Shown here: in pieces, positions 49,615-58,301 of the stretch
Layout of the letters: each line of letters begins with the position of its first letter
Position numbering within the stretch: the first letter of the stretch is position 1
From: Perkinsus chesapeaki ATCC PRA-425
Lineage: Eukaryota; Protista; Perkinsozoa
Direction: 5' to 3'
NCBI GenBank assembly: GCA_013115145.1
Contig: JAAPAO010000170.1
Coordinates: 1-58,301 of the forward strand
DNA: 58,301 bases
Made by a program: the position numbers and the translations under genes
Notes under the pieces: generated by a model
The model's input: the letters and a program-made list of their open reading frames with translations, nothing else
What the model was told of the DNA's origin: nothing
Database searches by the model: none

Positions 49615-50341
49615 GAATAAAGCCCTTTCGCCAACGGTTTCTTTTCTAACCGGTTGGGAATAACTCTGTTTGTTGGCTTTTCCTCTCATTGCTGTTTTTC
49701 CAACTAGATTGAAAAATGGATAATTGCTCACAAAACGATAATTGGGTGAAATATCCACTTCCGCACTAATCAGAAAAATTTTGCGTTGTTCGGGACTTTA
49801 TTATTCTCGATCAGCACCACTATAGCGTAGCTTAGCTACCATCTAGTAGACGCCACTTGGGTGGCTGCTAGGGTTTTTATAGTTGAGTTAGTAGAGCGCT
49901 CTGCGTAAAATTTCCAATCGAGAGATATGGTGTTTGATCGACGCAGCCAACGTTTTTGCTGCGATTTTCAACGCGGAACAACATATTTTCAACAAACTAC
50001 TGATACCAGAACGGGATATCATATCCATTTCCATCATATTTACATGAGATATGATTCCATGTATCATACAAAGTATTGTCGCTTGCCAAGAAAGCGGTAT
50101 GAAGTTGCGTAGCTATGTAAAATTGCCGAATAAACGTAATTTAACATAATTGCCCGAGGAAGCCTTGGTGAGGATTGTCGGAAAATATCACTCAAACAGG
50201 TGGTTAGGTTTATGCAGGTTGGTAAAAGGAGCATATAGTTGATATTTTAGGTGAAAACTAACGGACTGGTAAAAATTTGTGCCTGCCGTTGACATTGACG
50301 AGAGGGTTGGAAGAAAGGCAGTTGACATTATGCTCTCACCC
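49615..50341. mobile_element. Putative ~727-bp non-coding insertion flanked by a 10-bp direct repeat (TGACTAGTAC)
   Basis: The repeat is at 49605-49614 and 50342-50351. The homologous flank of copy 1 (~47055-47125, minus strand) has a single ACTAGTAC and resumes matching after 50351. No clean terminal inverted repeats. Confidence 0.45.
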
Positions 50342-50574
50342 TGACTAGTACACAGTGTGTACTACCCACTACAGCACCACACTTAACCTTGCTCCAGTGA
50401 GATGTTGATTGGACGCTTTGGTCAACTCTTTAATTCCAGTCAAACTGCTTATGCCAAAGTGCCCAACGAATCGGGAATCTTCTCTAGTTACTGAGTGCAA
50501 TAACTCTCTCTCGAGCTTGCGCTACTCCCAGCTGCGAGGAGTCCATGATCGAAGCGCTAGCAGGTGTCACCGCC

Positions 50575-50655
50575 GGTGACTCACTGGCTGCCTGATCCGA
50601 TCAGGCAGCCAGTGAGTCACCTGGACTGCGAGCCAAACGATCAGGCTGATCGTTT
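50575..50655. repeat. Two adjacent perfect palindromes (23-bp arms and 10-bp arms, each with a 1-nt spacer)
   Basis: GGTGACTCACTGGCTGCCTGATC-C-GATCAGGCAGCCAGTGAGTCACC (50575-50621) and AAACGATCAG-G-CTGATCGTTT (50635-50655). Confidence 0.95.
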
Positions 50656-50927
50656 CAGGAGGACTGCGAGGTTGGGTAGTTCTTCTTCGCTCGTAGGTGC
50701 TCACTAACAGGAGGCCGTCCGCTGGACGGTATCGGAGTCCAGTTGTTCAGTTGAGCGCGTCTCACCACGACACAACAGTGAAAATTGGATAAACTAGAAG
50801 CTATGACGAACATAATGTTAACCGCACTGAACGGCAATAGGGCTGAGCATGACGGTATTCAAGAAGAAAGAAGTGGCTTACGGGATCATTCCCGGATTAG
50901 CACCATAACAAATATAAGTTTCCTATC

Positions 50928-51161
50928 TCAGTCGTAGAAGCAACACTTGGTCTTCTTCTGTATACCAGAACAATGCTGAGTTATCGGGTCACAAGAACCA
51001 CCCAAGAACACGTCGAACCAGCATTTCCTGCTGTCACACCCTCTCTCCCTGAGGCCGCGGCCTCGGATCGAATGTTCAGCATTAGCCCTTCTTATGGGCT
51101 CACGGTGAGGTTGACCCAATACCAATGTAAATAATACAGTGAATAGCAGCAGAAGAGACAT
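50928..51161 (-). CDS. Secreted six-cysteine defensin-like prepropeptide, divergent copy 3 (77 aa)
   Basis: Signal MSLLLLFTVLFTLVLG, Arg-rich propeptide, then GCDSRKCWFDVFLGGSCDPITQHCSGIQKKTKCC = C-x4-C-x9-C-x6-C-x8-CC, sharing G-C, K-C-W and G-x-S-C-D with copies 1 and 2. Confidence 0.85.
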   Translation of the reverse strand: MSLLLLFTVLFTLVLGQPHREPIRRANAEHSIRGRGLRERGCDSRKCWFDVFLGGSCDPITQHCSGIQKKTKCCFYD

Positions 51162-51999
51162 TTTTGTAGAACTGCGGAAGCGCTGAAATCCAAGAAGTTG
51201 AAATGTAGGTTAATGTGCTGTTCCATAACTTCTGGCACCGAAGCCCAAATACATAAAGTGTTCCCTAAGCCTACGACAACGCAGCAAGCCAGCCTCGCGT
51301 ACGCCTTCAGAGTGCTTCACCATCGGTGCAGCGTACAGATGACAATGGCTTCACAGTGCGGGATAGAACCTTATGGGCCTCATTAGGCACTTCTCGATTT
51401 TCATGTACCATTGTACATATACCGCTTGTTTGGGAACTGTATACAATAGATAACTAAAGCCAGTCCAGTGTCAGTGGAACACATTGCACATAGTTTGTTA
51501 GTCATTGTGAGGCTCTATCGTGAACGCGTGCAAAGCTAATTCCTCTCCCGGAGAGTAATTTAAGTGATATAAATGCTTTTTTGATTCCCTCCTCGGCTTA
51601 TGTAGGTTATTATGAGCAAGAAAAAATAAGGCAATTCGATGGCTGGTGTGAAAGCAGTTCGATATAGCCCTACTGGACGAACACCACAAGACGGGTGGCG
51701 CAGAAAGAATACCTTAATACAGATGGCTACAGCGCGCTACATTTAGCTATGCAAGTAATGCAGTAACAAAGCAACTACAACTACTTCATATATCAGGTAC
51801 CAGCTGCTCTATAACAGCTGGTGTCATCTGCATGCCTCAGCCTGGTATATCGCTCCACTGCTGTTTTCTTGATCATTTTCTAATCCGCTATGGTCACCGC
51901 TTCGCCCGAGTGGGCTCACTATGACGAGCGTCTCTTAACTGTCGCTTTGGAGTGATTTAAGGGGACACCTCACATTTCGGCTCGAAACACTACGCGGTA

Positions 52000-54900
52000 A
52001 ACGCACTGCTTCTGGTATTAAAGTGATCGGTGATATCGATTTCGGTGTGGGCTACCTACGGTAGCCTACCTTACGCAGTTACCTCATTAGGTTGGGAAAG
52101 TTATGTCCTAGTGGAGATCTACTTGCACGGGAGAAGGTGTAGAAGCCCAAGACGGCCAGATGATTCGAGCGTCTTGGCTATGCGGTTTGATAGACTGATC
52201 TGCTCGGTGCATTATGTGCCATGCGGAGTGAGAGACAGTCAGCTGTCTCGAACCCCGAGCTCCAAACTGAGGTTGAGACGCGGCATTGCTCTTGTTGTGG
52301 GTCCAGATTGATCTCTCTTGCTATATTTCTGATCTCCCCACAACTTGTTATATCTCGAAGGATATGACTACATCTTGGTACGGATTAAACCTTCGTCATT
52401 CCCTTTGTAGCTATCGAGCCCAATATCGATTAGTTGCGCAGAGAAACTGTGTTTGCGTACACATGGATTGGTGCAGAACTTAAGTGCAGTTGGTGCGCTT
52501 ATACCTATTGTCCCAGAGTCGTAGTATTGGTATTCTGGCTCAAGCTCATTTGTTCTGTTAATCTTTAGAGTTCATCAACTAATACCGCGACACTCTGTTT
52601 TCTACCATGTACGTGTCCTTGTGACGCGGAAGTTCCACATTTCCTTGCTGGTAGCTATACTTTTCTTGACTCTGGTTACCAGAGTCTGGTATTTCGGTGC
52701 TCGTCTAACTCCCCGACTGTTCGGTTTGCGCTAGAAAACGAGTGGCTTGAGCCCGCTATGGCTTCACATGTCGAAAGCTCTCGGGATTGACTTTCTAATG
52801 GTACACCCTGTATAAAGGGGGTCGACTGACGAATGAAGTTCGCCCGGCCGTAGTCTTTCACTCGAGCCCTACACTAACAGTATTGATGCGATATCAATCA
52901 AGTGAAGGACATGACTATAAAGTTGACCATGGTGGAACAAATATGAGGTTCATAACTCGCCATGGCATCTACGTAATACTGCAATACACAACAATTTCAC
53001 ACTGCACCATACGTTTCAACATCTCAATCGGAAACACCTGGCAGTAGCATCGGCGCTCGAGCTAATCAACAGACTTCTCTCTTGGCACCAATTCACCCCC
53101 ACCACTCGATCTGTATGCTCTAAGGCGCAGGCTGTCCGAATAGAAGTGAGCAAAGCCTATCTCACCGTGCAAGGTGCAATCCGTAGCTCCTGTGCCATTG
53201 ATGATCAGGAGGGAATGGTCAAATCCTACGCTAGCAATTTTCGGCTGCTGGCTCCCAAGGCCAGTTAGAAACACCACGGCACTGTCACCAGGTAGTAGCC
53301 GATCAGGTTTGTCTTCCGCGACCTACCGGCAGCTCTCCCCGTGGGCAGAGTGACGGTGCACGAGAGGCTTTGCTGAAGTAGATCGAATGTCCCAGATCGC
53401 GACGGAACCGTCCTCGTAGCCAGCACCGACATAAACTGAAGCATCCCAACTGGAGTATCGCCGAATGGCGAGTTGTAGTCAGGCTCACCTGCGTCCGGCG
53501 AGATCGTGACACTGTTGGCGTCCTTGTGGTGTAGGCTCTCCCCTTGTGGCTTCCATATAGGAGAGCAAGAGCGAACTGACCTGAAATGGATGAACGAGTC
53601 AGTGATCTTATCATTGCCGGTCATCTGTAAATGTTTTGGTGGTGAGCGATGCGCGCGGAAGCGGCAAGCCTTACCAAACTGAAACTGTGCCGCTGGAGGA
53701 ACCAACAGCTACAACTCCTCCACCACTTTGTGACCCCAAGCTCAACGAGAGGGCCTGTCAGTTAAATGGGGGCTGGTAGCATACACACTAGTGCTTTACG
53801 TTTCCTTCCAAAGCCTCTGGCCATCGATGGCTGTCAAAGGTCGCCTTGCTGGTCCCGGTTTCAACCTGAGATGTTAGACTAGGATACACTCGACAATAGT
53901 ATTTCATTTACATCCCAAATACGGACGCATTGCTCGTTGCTCGAGCCACTGAGAACAGTACTAGAAGCCATTGAACAAACTGCACGGACGGTCCCTGAGG
54001 GAGTGTTTTTTCAATAATAGAACAAGCAAGGGCGAGCTCTACCGGCCTGAGGAGCGAATCTCTGCTCACGGGGATTGGCCAGACCTCTGCCACGTTCGAA
54101 CGATAATACGCGTATCGTCTGGTCATTGGAACCGGTCGCCAGTACTGTGCTGCCAGGCGACCATGCCATACAGTATCTTAGTGCAAACGTCAGCGAAGGT
54201 GATTAAAATGACCCACAATGAACCTCCGTGGTATTTTTCCCTGCGGAACAGTTCCACAGTGTCACCCTCATCAATAGCATCGGCATCACACACGATGAGC
54301 GAACGACTATTGGTACCTAAATGAAACCGCAAGAGCACCTTATTAGCTCCTCCTTACCTATCCCTAAGTAGCGGGAGCAAGGACTAAAGGCGACGCAGCG
54401 GATCGCTTGAGCATCGTCATACTGCCATATCTGGGTCACCTGTATGTGCTCCTGAACTGGCTCTGACTTTTGCGATGACGCGAGATTGGTCGATGAAGAA
54501 CCTGGGATGAGATGGAGAAGAAAGATAATCGTTAGAAGAGGCGACCTGCCGTGGGTAGCCGGAAGCCCGACCCATTATCTGCAGTCTCGAGTGTAGCTCT
54601 TCTGGATCTCACACTATTCGAGCTGCTAGCTGATAAGCGTGGTGCCTGAGAAGAGCCTGAGCTCATTATACACGGGAAGGGTCCAGAGAGGAAGAACGAT
54701 GGTCATCCTTTACCCCTTGCTTGGACTCATTCATGGACCTTGAGGATGCCTCTACCCGTGAACCTTGGTAGAGTGAATACATCACCCATGTGACGTCTGA
54801 CCTACCTGACTGCCGGTGCGGTACTGTCTCATCATTATCGCTGTTGTGACCACCAGATGACTCCCACTGCCACTCGGGAGAAGCCGCCTCTAGCGATGCC

Positions 54901-56800
54901 TGTAAATTTACTGCTACAAAATAGGTAAAAGGGATACCTGCCGACCCTGCACACTTCTAACAGACTCTGCTCTGCTAGACGGTGCTGGGTCGCGCTGCCG
55001 CCTATCATCCGATTCCCACGGTATATCTATTCTGATGCCCTTAGGGAACGATGTCGGTCTCTGATCTTCCCCCGTATCGCTGCTAGTTGGTCGCACTTCA
55101 TTCGGCAGAGGAGGCGTAGGAGGCTTATTGAGGACAGTGGGTTGTGAACGCTTCACCTCTACAGGGCTCAACAAAGGCTGGCGTTCATTGGGCGTGCATG
55201 CCTGAATAGGCTACGGTCGCCGGCTGTCGGCGATATCAGGGCCACCTCCTCGCAGACAACATCTCCCGCTAAGTCTCCAAGTCTCTGTGGTGAGGCGGGC
55301 ACGCTACCGGTCATCTTAGGGCTACGATAACTGCGGTTAGCTGAAGCACCTGGTCTGGGTTGGACCAGAGTGGATGATGGAAGTCATTGTTACCGGAGAG
55401 ATACTTGTGCCACAGTCCTCGGGTAACAAGCTCATCGAGAGTGTCGGTCTCCGTGCAACACTGGGGTGATGCGATGTCGCCTAACATAAGGAAATACTCT
55501 TCATAAAGCCAACTGTGCCATACATGCATCTTCACCCCACCCATCACTGCCATAGACTCCGATCAGTTGCGGTACGTAGCTTCTCCATAGACCGTACCTG
55601 GCATTGGGGCCGCGACGTGAGAATCCTCGGGACAGTGTGGGGCCACCTTCCCCCAGCTCGACCGTGCCATTGTTGTCGATACTTCTCTAGTGATGGTGTT
55701 GACAGCATTCCATAGAGATCAGCAAATCTACAGTGGCTTCGGATGAGACTTATAGTATCTATCGCATGTTTATATATCGGTCCTACTCTGACTTGGAACA
55801 CAGTGGCTCCATCTTTTCCAATAAATGGGCCATTTCCTTAACCATCTGAGATACCCTCGAGGAGGTCAAGCCAGTTCGGAAGCCTCACGGTTCCTTCGTG
55901 CAGAGGTCCATCAATGTCCTTCCGGTCCTTCTCATCCTCTTCAGTGAGGAAGATAAGCTCCAAAAACTCCTGAGGGCCACCACATGGCCAAGCGAGTGCC
56001 ACAGACTTACTTGACGGTACACTCTAAACTGGGCGGCTCGCTGATCGGCGGCGTTCGCCGAGGAGTATCTGACGGTATTTCCTCAATACCTTCCATGGAC
56101 GAGAGAAGCGTACAGCTTAGTGACGAGCCTCAGTAAGTCCGCCCAACGCCCAGCCATGACTACGGCACGGAAGTACTCCACCTGACAGGCGCACGATTCT
56201 ATTCTGTCAAGACGGTATCGTTATGGCTCACTACAGCGGGATTCTCATGGGCTGTATATAGCCTAGTACGGGTCTCAGCTTCGAGGGCCTGCATTGTAGA
56301 GTAGAGACCACGATCATGTCTGATCATGTCGAGCTGTTGTTCAACGGGGCATGGAAGGCTTACAAGTAACGCAACATTAGTAGGACCAATGCATGGTCGT
56401 CACAACCTGGATGCCGATGCTGTTTATCTGGCGCGACCGCTGGCCCAGGCTGCTGAGAGTTGGTCATCAAGCTTCCAGCAAAATATTTGGTATCGACTGT
56501 CAACGTCGAAGTATTCGCGGTGCGCACCGGAGCACAGAAAGGAATTGACCAACGCAAGTCAGGCCAACACCGTGTAATTGACATGCAAAGTTGAGTACTT
56601 AACCCCTATAATCAACAAAGAGCCGAAGAGATGCTCTCGTCAAGGTCTGGCCCACAAATATGATGACTTTCAGCATGTGCACTTTTCCCCGCGTCGATAG
56701 GTAATCGTATTTAGAATACTTGGCCAGCAGGTTGACCAAAATGTCATTCTGTAAAAGTAATCCTTCTCGAGAGGGGATGGCCACTCTCTTCTGTCAGGGC
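52000..56800 (-). other. Degenerate coding-like sequence (fragmented ORFs with stops and frameshifts), possibly a decayed mobile element or pseudogene
   Basis: Protein-like minus-strand fragments are interrupted by stops (e.g. LELIFLTEEDEKDRKDIDGPLHEGTVRLPNWLDLLEGISDG*GNGPF). No clear intron pattern and no diagnostic RT, integrase or transposase motif found. Confidence 0.3.
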
Positions 56801-57752
56801 TTAGCCGAGTATGCCGGGTTGAGGTCAACGACTATATTTTGGTGTCGCGGTCCATTGCCATTAGGCTCTCTACACTGTAGAGTCTACAGTGGTTATCGAA
56901 GAGCCTAGCTGATAGAAGATACAATAACCCGATGATCTGTTACGTACAGATCCCTTACTTCAGCGAGAGTGGGCCGGCGGCTGGCTCAAACCCCCTCTCC
57001 AAACTGAGCTTGCGACGCGGAATCACTCTGCTTTTCTGATCCATGTTTTCCTCGGTATTTTGGCGCTTCCATTCACACTGGCCGATTCTAGAAAGCGCTT
57101 ACTCACCGCATAATTCCGGCACGAACACACGCCTTGTTCAAGAAATTTTTGCAGGATTTTTTCGCACGAGTGTCCTGCTATCTGAGGCCTCTCGTGAGTT
57201 CATCGGAATAGCTCATGTCCAGTGTTATCGCTTTATAGTAGTAAGCTGGCGTGTCCTGAAGGCTAATCCTTCATCGTCAACCACCCTGAGTGTTGGGTTT
57301 GCACCACAAAACGAGTGGCTTGATCTCGATATGATAACACAAACTGAGTCATAGGTATTCCGGGATTGTTTTCGCTGAGTACGAATCGGGTTGTACGTAT
57401 GTTCTCAAACATGATGCACGCAGTCGTATTTCCATGGTTCCCCTCGCGTACAGTGGGGAAGGCGCGGAAAGCCTGGGGTGTTGCCCAGGGAACTCGGTTT
57501 CTGCGAGTAGGCATGTTCAATGTAATAGTGACGAAGCTAGTAACTCACTAGTAGTAAGTAGCTGTGATACTCTGATCCCACTAAGTCCAGCCTACGAAGT
57601 CATCAGTAATCATATCAGCATTCGCACGGCGTCGCGCGTCGTCAATTCCTGTAGGAAAGCTGCTCTTAAGCGAATGCGCTACGGTTTTGAATGGCGAGAT
57701 AGCACTTTAATCTACTCATAAGTGACGGAGCTCAGCTTTTAACCTTAATTTT

Positions 57753-58160
57753 ATGGGAGGTATCTTCAACAGCATTCTCGCTATGGTGCTTATGGCACGT
57801 GTGTGTTTCTCACTGTGGTCGTGTCTGCCCGATGGTCACTACGAACTTAAAAGTTCTTCAGTATCCGAAGGCTTCGTGCCCTCCATAACAGCTATCCGCT
57901 TTGAGACGATAGGAGATCCTGAGATTGACTCTTACTGTTCTATTCTGCTCTTTCCCGTTGAGCAGGAATCCAATTCTACATCTGAGCCACTTGAAGCTAC
58001 TTACGATACGAAAGGACTCTTGGCAAGAGTTAATGTCTCAAGTCCCTTTCCTGCCGACTTTTATCCACCACCAACATTCATAGAATACATCGAGTTACGC
58101 ACATCGTTGTTTGTATTCTTTGGCGGTGGAAGATGGGCTGTTTATACCCTGTCTTCTTAA
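57753..58160 (+). CDS. Intronless 135-aa putative secreted protein
   Basis: Signal-like MGGIFNSILAMVLMARVCFS, then LPDGHY and beta-strand-like alternation. Confidence 0.6.
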   Translation: MGGIFNSILAMVLMARVCFSLWSCLPDGHYELKSSSVSEGFVPSITAIRFETIGDPEIDSYCSILLFPVEQESNSTSEPLEATYDTKGLLARVNVSSPFPADFYPPPTFIEYIELRTSLFVFFGGGRWAVYTLSS

Positions 58161-58301
58161 CCATACTGGTCGCTATGTATGCTGTAACGGGCCCGTGCTA
58201 GATGCGTCAGTGGGCGCTGTTGACATGTGTGGACCCGGACGACTGGTCACTTGTCCGATGTGTTCTCCTGCTATTCATATTACTATTTGTCTAAGGCTCG
58301 T

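Noticed and set aside
50577-50619. AP-1/GCN4 sites (TGACTCA) as a regulatory element
   Set aside because: The second site is just the mirror arm of the palindrome, and there is no evidence here for such a factor in this lineage.
52518-52544. Relic spliced-leader sequence (..TTCTGGCTCAAG)
   Set aside because: Only the last ~9 nt match the SL 3' end, the spacing to GTAG is wrong, and it is not in front of a credible ORF.
52964-52978. YYVDA as a reverse-transcriptase YxDD motif
   Set aside because: The second Asp is absent and no other RT motifs are recognisable in frame.

Overview
Eukaryotic, gene-dense DNA with many short (~45-75 nt) GT-AG introns. This structure and the gene content suggest an alveolate, most likely Perkinsus; that is an inference, not a database result. 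Gene models were spliced by hand from the sequence, so outer boundaries are approximate unless stated. In order along the window: cathepsin B-like protease (3' part); hypothetical genes; a signal-peptide pseudokinase; an NCX-type Na+/Ca2+ exchanger with an intronic 18-bp minisatellite; splicing factor SF1/BBP followed by extra KH domains; a six-gene tandem array of DUF1624/HGSNAT-like membrane acyltransferases, including one motif-dead paralog and one apparent gene-conversion tract; coiled-coil hypotheticals; two intronless TM+LEA_2-like ORFs; EI24; an ALMT/FUSC-like transporter; and a degenerate tRNA-like element. From ~46.4 kb the architecture changes to an intron-free, repeat-rich island. 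It carries three small secreted six-cysteine defensin-like peptide genes, a second small secreted ORF with a pseudogene twin, an insertion with an apparent target-site duplication, and perfect palindromes. Degenerate coding-like sequence and one more secreted ORF follow. The strongest candidates for an undescribed system are the defensin-like peptide island, the DUF1624 array and the secreted pseudokinase.
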